Shown piece after piece: positions 26,613-40,230 of a stretch of DNA of 64,000 bases. The translations under genes were made by a program, and so were the position numbers. This stretch comes from Camelus ferus. Taxonomy: Eukaryota. The notes below the pieces were generated by a model. It was not told the origin of the DNA and did no database searches. It saw only the letters and a program-made list of their open reading frames with translations. Location of the stretch: the NCBI RefSeq assembly GCF_009834535.1, contig NC_045696.1:121522001-121586000 (forward strand), in the 5' to 3' direction. Each line of letters starts with the position of its first letter. The stretch's first letter is position 1.

Positions 26613-27864
26613 TTAAATCCCATCTATACTAGGTATGGATGCAAAGCAACAGTTCTTAAAAACAGCTCCACGCCTGGATGAAGTGGGTGGAAGACAGGCC
26701 TATGCCTTCCTCTTTCCCAGCACTCCCCAAGTGAGGAGAACACCCAGGGACTCAGGCTGAATTGAGGCTAAAACCCACACCCGCAGGCCACAGCCCGAGT
26801 CCCTCCAAGGTACAGAGGTCGCTGAAGGCTTTGCCCAGTGCAGAAAGTCACTGGACGTTAGCTCTGGCAACCCAAGCGCGACTGAATTCATTTTTCTAAC
26901 TTCCCTACATCGGCTGCTGCTGAATATAATTTTTTCCCCATTTGTGATCCTTTCCAAATACTTTTATTTTCCTTCACCAGGTGTTCCCAGTGAGTGCTGA
27001 GCTCCTTTCAGAAGGATGATATCCCTGCAGACACAGCGGCACCGGCTAATAAAACCTGCTGGGTTCCCATCTTGCCATCATCACCTGTGGCACCTGCACC
27101 CCCGTGGCCACAGCCTCCTGGAGCCGCTTTCCTGCTTCCCACTCCCGCCCCATGCGTCATCTCAGGAGTGCTCTGTGGTGCTCAGAACAGAGTCTGGAAG
27201 AGCCAAAGGCCAACCGCTGCAAAGGTGGGGATGTTAAATTAAACCCACACCTCAGCAGAAAACCTCACAGGGACCCAGGAAGAAAAGGTGAGTGACAGGG
27301 ACCAAAGTCCTCATGACTGTGCAGCCGACTTGTCACTTTCACGGAAGTCTTGTAAGGAGTTGAGCTCTGACCAAGGCAGGAAGACAAGGCATGACGTTCC
27401 AGAGGAACTGCTTCCATTTTTCTTGTCACATTTAACTCAAATGCCAAAGCCTTTTTCATTCTTTTCATTTTTTGCCAAGTTAGATCACACTAAAAGATAT
27501 GAAATATGACAAGAAAGTCTTTATTAAGCACCTGTCTGCACGAAGGATCAACTTTCATCCTCCAGAAGCTTACAGTTTAGGAAATCAGGGTGCAGGGTTT
27601 AGGTGAGGAGGTGTGTTTCTGATAAGCCTGCAGAAAACCAGCCCACAGTGCCCATTCGGACACTTCTGTCCCAACTTAAAAAAAGGAAATAAAAAGAAAC
27701 TCAACTGTGAATCAATCCCTTTAAGAGTTATTTGTATATCAAAGGCTGTATTAAACTAATCATCCTTTGCAATAGATAAAAGGTGAATTAGAAGAATGTA
27801 TCAAGAAGTTAAGCTTTGCCAATATCCTCTGACAGCCTGGTGCCCCCAGGATTCAATTAAATCC

Positions 27865-28021
27865 TCAGGATTCAAAGTGTGGCCCCAAATCAGCAGTCTC
27901 AGCATCACCTGAAGATGCTGAAATGTAGGCTCTCGGGCCTCACTCCACACCCACCGAGACAGAGTCTGCGATTTGTCAAGGCCCGGGGATCCACGAGCAC
28001 CTCGGGGCACAAGAAGCGCTG
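27865..28021. mobile_element. MER5A
   Basis: tcaaagtgtggcccc...cagcagtctcagcatcacctg...gaaatgtaggctctcgggcc...cagagtctgc. Confidence 0.7.
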
Positions 28022-30409
28022 AGCTCGATGAACAGGACTCGTCTCCACTGACACACCTGCCCGTCTGCCCAGCGCCACAGCTGCACATGGTGAGCCCATG
28101 CACCAAACCGTCAGCCCACACAGCCACACAGGTGGCACAGGTGACTTCACAATGTCCCTTGAGGGGCTCTATGATCAAGGGGGGACTGGGAGGAGGGGCA
28201 CTGGCCACAGCAGCCGCTCCTCAGCCTGCTGTGATGACTGTCTGGTCGGATGGCTCTGAGCTGCCAGCCTGAGCAGCCTTTTCACAAAGCCCTGTGGTCA
28301 GCTCCCTCTGCTGACCCCAGCCCCCTCCTAGGTAATTTGTCCCTGGGGAGCAGGCGCGTGGCACTCAGACAGTAGGGATTAGGATGGCCCTGACAGCCAC
28401 GAGCCTCCCGTCTCTCCTACGTCTAAGGGAGGCCGTCCTCACCACCTGCTCCCAGGGGGCAGGCCTCCTGCTCACTCTGAGTGCCTGTAACGGGGTGATG
28501 TGTCCGGGGGAGTCAGACCCTGCAGCTGCATGACCCTAGCCTTGTCCAAACCATCGTAATGCCGGCTTTTCAGCACATTTCCTGAGAGGCAAGTGATTAA
28601 AACAAACTAACATCTCTCTTCTCCATCCAGATTTACTGGGAACTAAGGAAGTAAAAAGGCACTTGAGAAAAGGAGTCATATAGGTCCTGACTGAAAAGAC
28701 CAGGCTGCCGACAGCCAGGGGCCAAGTAAGCGGAGACGTGGGAACGCACCCACCCGCGTGTTAACTGCAGGATGACATTTGTCAGAAGACACCGACTTAA
28801 TTCACCTGGCAAGCAGAGGGGACAGTGACGCAGGGACCATGACCCTACTTAAACTGGACTTCATGGTGGAGATGATGACCCTTGTCACTGAGGGTCACCT
28901 CTCTCCCCTCCTGCTCTCAAACCCTTTTCTCGACATTGTCCCCAAGTTCTAAATGACTTCAGACAGAGCAAGGGAGTAACCGCTAACAAGCACCATTTAG
29001 TTCTGTTCTGTGAGACAGAACTACAAAAATGCATGAGCACTTTTAAATACCTATTCTGTATTTATGTCTACATTAAAATATATTTTCTTCTGATTATAAT
29101 ATATCTAAGCAAAACAAATTATGATAACTTTTTAAAAGATATTTTGGTATAAAAATGTAAAGTTCAAAAAAGTATAGAGAAGAAAATAAAAATAATCATT
29201 AGGCTCAGCGATTACAGGTGTTAATATTTTGATGTATTGATTTCCAGTGTGGGGGGTGTGTGTGTGTAGAGGAGAGACAGAGGGACACAAACAGCACTCA
29301 TCAGAGAGGAGAAATTTGGGATCATAATGTATGTAATTTTACATTTTGTTAGGATTTTAAAAATCTGCTAGAAAACATTTTTACACCGATGTTAAAAAAA
29401 AAAAAAAAAAAAAAGAGTCCGGTTAAGCCATCCTTTGAGACAGTACCAAGAAAACAGAACAATATCCTGAGCTAAAACATTCTTGATGGTTTAGAAGAAA
29501 CAGCCTTTAAAAAAATTGTAGTTACTGGTATAGCCAACATACAGAAACTTAAAATAGCCAGAGTTGGGCATGAGTCACTGTGGTTAAACATATGGAACTG
29601 AAATTAATACCACGTGACTAATGGAATAGCAGATCCATGAAATTATTCTGAAGAAATATCAAAATACTATAACTGTTACTGCTAATCTTTTCGGTAACTC
29701 AGTAGTAGAAATAAAATAAAGAGCTGGTACCACTGGAGTAGAGTATTCAGAGCTCACTGACACCTGAACACCCTCTTCTTTGTCACTAGGGAGAATGCCT
29801 CCTCTCCACCTGCTTTGCAGTCTGGGGTGATGTGACCCGTAGGATGTGTGTCTCTTCAATGACAAGATGGTCCCAGCACTCCGTCACCTGCCGTGGTGAC
29901 CATGAAGGAGGCGTAGTGCTGAAATGGCAGAGCCAAAGGTCAAGGCACTCCTCAGACCACTGACAATGGGGACAGCAGCCCAAGCGCTCAGCAGCACTGA
30001 GCCACTGGGGTTATTTGTCAGGTTGGCACAATCTGTCACTCTGGCTAATGCAGTCACACACACACACTCTTGCACACACACATGCACAAATATTCCATTC
30101 CTATCACATGTATACAAGAGCTGGAGGCCACCACGCTCCACAGAAGGAAGGCAACAGTCTCCTAACATGCTCATGTCCCCACCTCCCCACCTATAAACCA
30201 GACCTGGTCAGAATGTGTGATAAGATCAAATGGGCAGACTCCAGGGTCAGGTGACTTCACCAACACTCCAGTGTCTAGGAGGCACCTACTATGGAAAAAC
30301 CACTTCACAGGGGCTTCTAGAAATGAAGAAGTTCACAAGGCACAGTCCCTGTCTCCTAGAAGTTTAAAGTCTCAGAGGAGAAAACCATGTAAGTGAAAGA
30401 ACACTTCTA

Positions 30410-30550
30410 ACGGCTGTGTGACTTTGGGGAGATCAATGACCTCTCTGAGCCTCAGCTTCCTCAACTGTCAGATGGGGACAGAAACAGTACCTTCCTCACC
30501 AAAGTGCTATGCGAGTATAACACCTGGCATAATGCCTAACACAGAGTAAT
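30410..30550 (+). mobile_element. MIR SINE
   Basis: gctgtgtgactttggg...acctctctgagcctcagcttcctcaactgtcagatggggacagaaacagtacct. Confidence 0.8.
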
Positions 30551-32689
30551 CATTCATGAAATACCCAGTATTCCTGTTTTATGTTTACCTGCAGGAGATA
30601 CTGTCTAACATAGAACTGTTCCCTCTTCTGTGTAAGAAAAGCAGCCCCTCCCTGAGTGTCAAAATATATGTTACTATAGAAAGAGCACAGGCCACACAGC
30701 AGACAGCGCGGAGATGACAAGCTGCAACACACACCCTGGGCTGCACGCCTTCCCAGGACCTCACCCTCATCATCAGTAAACTGAGATAACAGTGTCTGGT
30801 TTTCAGGGTCCTTGGAAGGAATTAGGGAAATGAAGTGCATGATGCAGACATATAATCCTCTTCCTCACTCCTCCCCTTCTTTCTTTAAGAAAGATAACCA
30901 CAACAAAAGACGTAAAGCCTGTTTACAGCTGTAAGTAGATCATCACCAAGAATTCTACAGGCTCTGAGATTCGGAGAGAAGCTCACAGCACGAGAAGCAA
31001 GATGCGCCCAACGCAGGTATAATGCCCTCTCCTCCCAAAGTCATATAACTCATAACCCTGCTTTTCCTGAAACTTTACAAAGGTATTCATTGTTGCCCAC
31101 AATTCTTTTTAACCTGACATACATTTTTCTTTCACCTCTTGTAGTTCTCTGGGTTGAGCTGTTACATTAAAAAGCTGATGGAGAAGTAAATTGCCTTTAA
31201 GAGCAACTAGCAACCAGGAGCAGTCAGTCAACCCCACCTCCTGTGGTTTCCAAGACCACACAGGAGCGGGATGTACCGAGACTTCCACAGGGCCATGTGG
31301 GGAAGGACGCGTTACTTCACAGGCATGAAATGACACCAACGTGGCAGTGTGCTATCCAGTTTACTGTTGACTCAGGAATGGAGGGATACTGAAATTAATT
31401 ATAAAAGAAACAGCATATCTGAGCTGGATGTGATCTCCAGGCTGAGAAGCTGACTAGATGCTGCAGTAACAGCTCCTCGCGTCATCTGGTCCAGCGCTGT
31501 TACCTTTTGTTTGTATTAATTTTGTTAATAATACACATGGTGTATCCGCCATCTCTAGCAGATGGGTTTTTCTGGGGTCTTGGATCCAAGCTTCTCTTGA
31601 GGAGAAGGGGGAAAAGAGACCTAAGCATTTGGTTCAAAGACAAGACAAGACCCAAACCATCAAGTTTAATTCCAAGTGACTGCTTCCTCCTGTTCTTCGA
31701 GCAGGGACTCCGGAGTTGGGGGGGGGGGGGGGTCCTGCATTCCAATCACAAGCACACCCCCACCCCTGGCACCAACACACTTTGTGAACCTGGGCAGGTA
31801 ACAACCTCACTGAGTCCCAAAGTGACATCTGCAAAATGGAGAAAATCCCACTTCGAGAGCGGAGTGTTGGAAGGATGAAATGAGGTTACCTGGGCGAAGT
31901 TCTCGGCAGAGCCACTACTCATGAACACACTATCGCCACAGTCTGAATGGCCTGCCTTGGGACTCAGTATGAAACCCGCACAACTGCACATGGCTGACCT
32001 TTCCTTCATTCAACAATTCATTCATTCAAACATTTATATACTACATTCCGGCCACTGTGCTCTCAACTCCCCTTAATAAGCCATAATGAATTATTCATCC
32101 ATAAATTTACCCTAAATCAATTCTTGGGTTTCCATGACACCTGTCATGATTTTGTATTTTCTGTCTCAGTCAATTGCTCATGGTTCTGTTCCACAACACA
32201 TTCACCATATCTCCATATTGTTTCCATCACTACGTGCTGCTACGTGACACAAAGTCTGCTCACAGCGGGTATCTCTGACACTGAGTGGCACACCTTTCCT
32301 GGAGGCGTGGTGGGAGCAGACCTGGCACCTAAACTACCAGCAAGCAGCCATCTTTGTCTCTGTTCTCATTGCTGAATCTCCAGCCCTGAGATCTCTCTGG
32401 CATACAGTCGGTGCTTCATAAATGTTCATGCAAATGAATGAAAAGCCACAGCCCCTGGAGGTGTTATGTGAAGATAACTCAGATTCCTGAAAGATCGTTT
32501 ATATTCCTTACTGAATGAGGATTAAAAGAGAGTAAGTATTTTGGAATGGAAAACATCTATATCCAGTCCCAAGAGTGAAATGGAGGAATTGTCAGGTGTA
32601 ATAGCCTGATTACTAAAGAGTGAGCTAAGAAAATCAGCTCTATCCCAGACTTGGTATCGTAACAATTCACAAAAGGATATTGCAGTAAT

Positions 32690-32905
32690 AATGTCATTTA
32701 TCAAGAGCCCCCTGTGTTCTGTAACTTCCAATGCATTATCTCTAACCCTCACAACAGTGCCGTGATGTCGGGAATACTCCTCCTGTTTGAAGGACCAGGA
32801 AATGGGCTCAGAAGCTGGAAGTAACTTGTCCACACCACACATGCGGGGAGTGAGGGTGCTAGAGTTGGAAACAGGCTCATCTGGCTTTAAGCCCTCGTCT
32901 TCCAC
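32690..32905 (-). mobile_element. MIR SINE
   Basis: cattatctctaaccctcacaaca...ggaaatgggctcagaag...aagtaacttgtcc. Confidence 0.65.
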
Positions 32906-34021
32906 ATGGAGACAAGCATGTACGTGCACAGGTGTGCACACCAATGGAGGTGCAGGCACATGGCTGCCACGAGCTGCCAGCTGGGTTCAGGATATGCCCG
33001 TATACCCTTCCATGAGAAGAACTCACTGAATAAATTTCTAAAGACTGTTTCTGACGATTTTACTTAGTGTCAAAAATTTACATTCTTAAAAAAAGAGGCT
33101 ATTTTAAAAGTCCATTATCCCTGTGACATCCCCTGGGAGGGAGACTTCTCACCCAAGGCACAATGACAAGGACCCACAGGCACCCCTTTTCTGGTGAACT
33201 ACCCCCATGCCCTCTCTAGCCTTCTGCCACCTGGGACTATTAAACTGGGCACTGAGCAGCTCAGACCCTGCTCAGAGACCAGTACCCCAGACTGTAGGTT
33301 GGCCTGGAACTCTCCAAGTGACGCCCCACCCTCAGGAGGCTATGAGCGCAGAAGGCAGTGGGTCCCTGCTGAGCCACCTGCACCCTCACCTAAGAGACCC
33401 CTGCCTGGAGCCAGAAGTGGGGCTGGTGCAGGGCACAGGGCTGCTCCAGGTCCTCCTGGGCGGCAAATGTGAAGGTCTGTGGGGTATTTTACTGAAGGAG
33501 CGGAATGCAATGGTTTCAAGTCACCGGCCTTCCCCCTGTCAAGCCTCGGCCTGTATGGAGTCAAGACCCCCGAGAAGCCCCAGCCCATCTGCTCCTGGGG
33601 GAAAGGGGTCCCACTCCAAAAGCTTCCGGAGCTTGGCCAGCCTGTCCCCTCCCTCCAAGCTTGTTAGAGGCCCAGCATGGTTTTCACAGGCCATGTTGAT
33701 GCCGTATGTTCACACCACTGATGCATTTTCCTGCCTGAGCAGAGGCACTTAGCACCAGGAGGAACACACTGTTTTTAGGGCTGCTTGGCTCTTAATACTT
33801 CCCCAGGAGTCTCCAGGCTCAACGAGAGGGTGGCTGGCATGTTTGGGAAGGTGCCAGCAAGGAAAACAGTTCCCAGCAACACAGTTCAGGATGTCAGCCA
33901 GGCAGGAAGAAGGGCTCAAGCCATGAATGACAGAATTTTGGTGCAAAAGGAAAAAAAAAAATAAAGAAATTACATATACAGAGACTTTTTTCTTTGATGG
34001 CAAATTAACATGAGTTCATGT

Positions 34022-34237
34022 CAGTGATTCTCACTCGACTAAGGTTAATTTTGTCTCCCAGGGGATATTTAGCAAAGTCTGGAGATATCTGGGGTTGTCA
34101 CAACTAGGCGGAGATGAGGGTGCTGCTGGCACCTAGTGGGTGGAGACCAGGGATGCTGCTAGACATTCTGCAATGCACAAGACGCCCCCCACAGCAGAGA
34201 ATTCTCTGGCCCCAACCTCAAGAGTGAGAAATCCAGG
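34022..34237. mobile_element. MER20 (hAT-Charlie)
   Basis: cagtgattctca...ccaggggatatttagcaaagtctggaga...ttgtcacaact...tgctgctggcacctagtgggtggagaccagggatgctgcta...caatgcacaagac. Confidence 0.88.
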
Positions 34238-34359
34238 ATTATACCAACTCTGCACAGGTAGAAAGCCCCCTTTCCCCCGCACCCTCACTGCACCAGCAAT
34301 TACATGAGCCACACATTCGAGGCAGGGTGGGCAGCCATTGGGACGTGGCACTTAAAAGC

Positions 34360-34585
34360 GGTGTCATCTGGGTATAGGGTCTGGGTTTGAATTTTAGCTG
34401 CAGAACTTTCTAGCTCCGTGGCCTTGGGCAGGTGATCTAACTCCGGAGAGCCTCAGTTTTTCTATTCTGCCAAATGTAGACAGAACCAGCCACATCTAAC
34501 CTTGTGAGGTTTAAATTACAGGAGATGATAAGAAAGAATTTAGCAGGGTGTCCACACCCAGCTATAAAAAACAGTGCTGACTATC
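34360..34585 (+). mobile_element. MIR SINE
   Basis: ctgggtttgaatt...tagctccgtggccttgggcaggtgatctaac...gagcctcagtttt...ttgtgaggtttaaat. Confidence 0.75.
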
Positions 34586-36100
34586 AAGGCCTGACAAAGT
34601 AGGGGCAAAACAGAATAAAACAAGGATTTTGGTAGAAATATACGGAGTACTTTAGTAACCAAGGAAACTGGAGTTTGAGTCTGACAAGATCTCAAGGACT
34701 TCCCTGGAGGTCCCGTGGCCCCAGCAGTTGGTCCTCACCACCGTGTGCTCACACCCACAGGGCACCTGGTTGCCCACCCCCGCCCCCCATTCCTGCGTCT
34801 TTGCTGAGCCCAGGCAACCAGTCCCTCTTGTGCCCAGATCTCTATGGTCAGAGACCAGTGATGGTCTGGTTGGGGAGAAATGACTGTCCTTCCCTGTTCT
34901 CCCCGAGCCTGGAACCAGAGGGACTGTGGCTTCTCTCCACTGTTCCAATGCTAAGCAAAATCAGGCCAGACTTGGCCACATCTGCCTTGGGTCTGACCCC
35001 CCTGGCCTCGACCTCGCAGAGCCGAGCTGTGCCTTCACACGGTTACCTCCAGTCCCCAGAGCAGCCCGGGAGCCCTCCTCTTCCCAAGTGCAGGGATTTC
35101 CTGGCACACAGCCTTCCCCGCTGGCTTCAAAGGCGCTCCAGGCAGGGATGCACCACCAGCATGAAGAGAACTGCTGAGCCGGCCATGCAGACGGCCTCAA
35201 AAGGCCTTCAAATCAAAGAGCCAAGAGGTGCCTCGGAAACCATCTAGCTCAGCTTCCCCCAGCAGGCGAGACTGGCGCTCAGAGAGAGGAAGGGACAGGA
35301 CAGCTGCAAGCCCACAGGGCACCCATCCAGATGGAGGCGGTCCTGAGTCTGGTGGATCTCAGCCTGCAGACAACCCTGAGCAGAAGCTCTGGGGAGGGGC
35401 AGTCACAGCGCTGAGATGAGACTGACAGCTCTTAGTAGAGATGGAGTCAGTTGTACCGGACAATGAGGGGCTCCTGGACTCTCTGCCGTCCTTGCAAAGC
35501 AAGACTCGTTGGTCAACAGGCCTGGATTTCACACTCCATTCTCCTCGTGGCCCCTTTAAGGACAGAAAGGGGAAAAGAAGATGCTGGGCATGGGGTGGGT
35601 TCCTCAGGGATACTTCACAGGCAGCTGGTGGCCCAGGAAAACTCCACACTTTCAAAGCAGTGAAGGGACCCTGGTGGCTGAAAAAGGGGACCCTCACTAT
35701 CCTGTTCAGAACCAATACTTAAACATGTAAGGTCAGACCCGCAAGGACAGTTTTGTTTTGAAATTGTAAGCAGCCGTTGTGGCACAGCTGTGGGAGAACA
35801 GGGAGTCATTGCACAGAAACCCATTAAATTTCCCATCACTGGAGCATTTCATATGACTTTTGTGATGAAAAACATGGCATATTATTAGGGGCAACTTCAA
35901 CAGGAATGAGAGAAGCTGTTACAGACGACAGCTTAATCAACAGCAGGGCCGGTATCAAAGCTCCAGTTACTACTTGGTCCCTTCGTTCCATGGGCACCTT
36001 TCCTATCTTATCCTTCCTGGTCCTGAACGTCCCCACCTGCAGAACAGCGGTGATCGCTGTCTTGGGAGACTCCCTCCTCTCTGCTTCTCATCTCTAGGTC

Positions 36101-36319
36101 GAGGACCAGCAGACTTCTTCCGTCAAGGGACAGATAGGATATTTTGTGGGTTTTGTGGGCCATATGGTCTCTCACAAACACTACTCAACTCTGCCTTTGT
36201 AGCACAAAGGCAGCCACAGACACTGTCAGTTCATGGGTATGGCTGTGTCCCAACAAAGCTTTATTATAAAGACCGGTGGCAGGCTAGACGGGGCTCCTTG
36301 GCCAGTTTGCTGACCCCTG
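36101..36319. mobile_element. MER58A (hAT-Charlie)
   Basis: aagggacagata...tttgtgggccatatggtctct...ctactcaactctgcc...gcagccacagaca...tggctgtgtcccaacaaagctttatt...agtttgctgacccctg. Confidence 0.88.
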
Positions 36320-37084
36320 TTGGGGGTGATGGTGGGCCTCAAGTAGGCAGAACCTGAGCCCCAGTGCACAGACATGAGCTATGAAAGCCACTGAGGTGAT
36401 GCTCCTGGACCAACAGAAGTCAGCAGCCAGGACGGCAACGGTACAGAATCCTTCTCCCTCCTTCACTTGACTGTCATGGAGTTGGGAAGGAGAGTAAACT
36501 GAGAAGACTGGCACCAGGCAGTAAGAGGAGGCACTTATCTGGAGCACCGAGGCTGCATTCCAAGAGATGCCTCTGGCTGAGCATCATGAGATTAATAAAT
36601 TCATATCGGATTCTGCAAAGCAGACTGGCCTCCCCTCTGCCTTTTCCCAGGACACCAAAGGGACACAACCAAAAAGATGGCCTGGACAGCAAAGGCAGAG
36701 TTAGGAATGCATGTGTATTCTATTTCATCAGGCAATTACATGTAGTTACACCTTGGTAAACAAGAGCTTTATTTTTTGAAGAACAGATCAAACCCAGACA
36801 GGATTTCTCCGAAGCCTAACCTCTGGAAGAAACTAGCATGACTAGAGGGTTTACCACTTCTTGGGAGACAGGGAGCCTGTGCTCCACGCACGCCCAATGG
36901 TGAGGGGAGGGTGGGGACACACCCTCAGACATAACACCTGATCCTAGTGCTCCACGCATGAGATCACACGGCCAACTTCCATCTTCACAACTGGAAGATG
37001 TTCTGCTCCCCAGATTACACCGCAGCCCCTCAGGGGCAGGGGCTGTACCATTACACCCTTGTGCAGTGTCCCTACAGGTTAACG

Positions 37085-37340
37085 TAATAATCACCACTGA
37101 CATGTGAGGAACAATCGCCCCATGCCAGGCACGATCAAAGGGCTCTAAGGCCTTTCTTTTTTAATAAGCTCACAACATCCCATGAGTCGGGACGTTCTTA
37201 TTCCATGATGACAGAGGATGGAACTGGAGTACAACGGAACTGAGTAATTAGCCCCACATCCTGCATCTGTAAGTGTGGCGCCCAGGTTTGGCCCCAGGTG
37301 TCTCCGCTCTAGAGCCAGCGCTCTGAACTTGTATTCACAC
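37085..37340 (-). mobile_element. MIR SINE
   Basis: catgccaggcac...ctcacaacatcccatgag...gagtaattagcccc...gtaagtgtggcgcccaggtttg...ctctagagcc. Confidence 0.65.
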
Positions 37341-40230
37341 TGCTTCTAATACTGCAACCAATGCAGGTGATCAAAAAATGCTCGGTGCTGATGACAGCAG
37401 TGACTCTGAGAAGTGGGAGCAAAGGAAGAGGTCTGGGTTGAAGCTAAGCACTCTCTCTTGGGTGGGAAACCATCTTACACGGAAGCCCAGCTCTAAGAGG
37501 GGGCTGTGACTCCAAGAGCCACAAGAAGGCGTGTCTGCAGCTCCATAAAGGAGGCCATCTTCAACAGCATCAGGCTGGAAGGCCCTGGAAACGTGCCTTT
37601 AGCTGGAAACAGGGCTCTCTCTGACCCTCCCAAGGCCTTCCCAAAGGGGACAGGGTAGAGAAAACAGCCCCAGGGCCAGCCCCCACCCCCTCTCCACATC
37701 TCCCCAAGATCTCAATTCTGGGGAGTGTAGCATAGAGATCTGGCACACCGAATTTCTCAGTGATGGGGGAGGGGGAGGGGGGAGGGGCAGGGGAGGGAGG
37801 TAGAAGACGAGGTATATCAAGTTGGGGCTTGAAAGACAGCTTTGTTCATTAGACCACCTGGTTTTCCTTCCTCAACACCCAGATTATTTTGATTTTTCTT
37901 TCTTTTTTTTTCTTAAAATGTTTTTGATTCAGAAGCTATTTTAATCTCTTTTCTCCTTGTCTAACACTGGCATTTGGAAGTAGGAAATGTAGTCTAATTA
38001 CATCCTTCTATTGTCTTTTAATATATTGTGCACTTGGCTTCTGTCTTTCACAAAACAGTTATTTAACGGTTTTCTAGCAATTGGATAGCTTTTAATTAGC
38101 TTAGCATTCTGCACCTCCAAAGTACCATGTTCTGAGAATCTTGTGCACAGTAAGTCTGACTGCTTTTCTTATTGAGAATATTTTTCGAACAGACCCTACA
38201 TATCTTTGGGAACAATCTCAACACTCTTGAGAAATATTTTATCTTTCATTTAAAAATTTTTCCTTCAAGATTCTGTTAAATCACTCCTAAGGAAATGTAG
38301 AACAAAGCTGCTTCATTTATTCTGCTGACCAAACATTTAATGTATTTATCACTGCTTTCTGGGTCTGACATATTTTGACGACAGGGCTCAAAGAACCTGT
38401 ACTCAGATCCTGGTTTACCTTTCATCTGCCACATCACTTTGGGCGAAATCACTTCACTTCTCTGGACCTCGGTTTCCCTTACTTATACCGTGGGGAGTGG
38501 AATTAAAAATGTCAAAATTGTCTTCTGACAACATCAACCTAGGATCGCTCTTCGTGAGGCTCACATTCACCGCCAGGGCCATCTTCCCCTCCCTTTCTGC
38601 TCCAAGGTGACTCTTTTAACCAGATTTCACCTGATAAAGGAAGGCAAAGGAAGATCAGACCCTGAAAATCACCACACTGCCCTTGGAATGAAAAGGAACC
38701 CTTTGTTCTGACCACACACACAAACACACACACGACAGTACGATGTCTAATGTGAACTTTTCAATCATCAACTGTGATGCACCCAAGAGAACACTTCTAT
38801 TCTGAGCAACCAGCAAGCATATGTAAAGGGATTATTACTGTTACTTAAGGGTACATATCCGAAGGCCCCAAGCCTAGGGAGCCCCAGCCACCTGACATCT
38901 CCCTAGCAAAGCTGCTGCTGAGGCCAAACCTTCAAAAGGATCCAACACAACAGTCGCAGGGAAATGTCAGCCTCTCAGGGAATAAACTTACCGTCTTAAA
39001 CCTCCATGTGTGTCTGTCACCACAGTGTACTGGTCAGATTTCCTTCAAGTTACTGCCAGGAGAGACCCAGACACCAGGTTAGGACAGGGCTCACCGGGCA
39101 TTTGAAAATCAAATACTGCTTCATGGACTGAGGACGCTGGGACTAAATAATACGGATTGGCCTCAGCTTCTAACACACATCCACCAGGAATACATCTGAG
39201 GACAACAGCTAAACGCACATACAACGTGCAAGGAAAATGGGAGCGTCGCCTGGATCGGCCTCAGCCATGCTGGATCATCCATGCCGGGAATTCCACCCGA
39301 AACCCTTGATGTCAGGCCCTCTGAGACCTGCACGCCAGACGGTGAGCCCTACAAGCAGCCCCCTTGCTCACCCAAGAGCTAAGGACGGCGAGAGGCATTT
39401 CAGCCACCAAGCTGGGAACTGCGCTTCAATGCCCGCTTTCGGTTTAGACCTCCCTCCAAGTAGCTCTTCAGACATGCAGCAGAAAGTAACCTGGCTGATC
39501 GCCGCCGCAGGGCCCGAGGGACGCTGCCCTTCCCCTGAGCCCATCCACAACTGAATAAAAATTGTGGGGAAAGTGAGAACCAGGGAGGAGAGGGCTGCGC
39601 CCAGGAAAGGAGGGGCAGCCAAAAGGTCCCTGAGAGAGGAGGGAGGGTCCTGGACTTCCCTCGGAAAATGCAGGCGGCGGTGACAAGGAAAAACCAATGC
39701 CACAAAGCTTTCACCCACGTCAGCCCCTTTCCTGGACTGAAATTTTCTCTTTCCAAATATTAAAATCCTGTTTGGAACCCCAGTTTATGTTCCACCCCAA
39801 GAAGACTTTCCGAAAGCCGGCCATGCACACGACACTGCTCGGTGTTCTGAACTCGAGCAGTCTCACCTCCTGCACCGAGCAGCAATGCTCAGCCGTCTCC
39901 CGGCATCTCACCTCCCTGTTGTGTGACATCGTGTAATTATTCCACTATTATTCAGCCTTCACACACTCGTACCTCAATTCCTAAATTTGATTTTAACCTT
40001 CCTGAAAGTGAAGTCCATGGTGGTTTCAGCTTTATTCTCTAAGGCAGCAAACGGCTCACGGTAGCTGTTCCATATATGCTAACCAGTGAAGGAAGAAGCG
40101 GGGAAGGTAACAGCACAAAATGTTCCTGGGAGCACAAGGGTGGACTGTCCTGACAGAAAGGGCATCGAAATCCCAGGCAAGCTAAGAACCAACAGCACCC
40201 GGCAGATGCCTGAAAGTGTCTGCTGAATTG

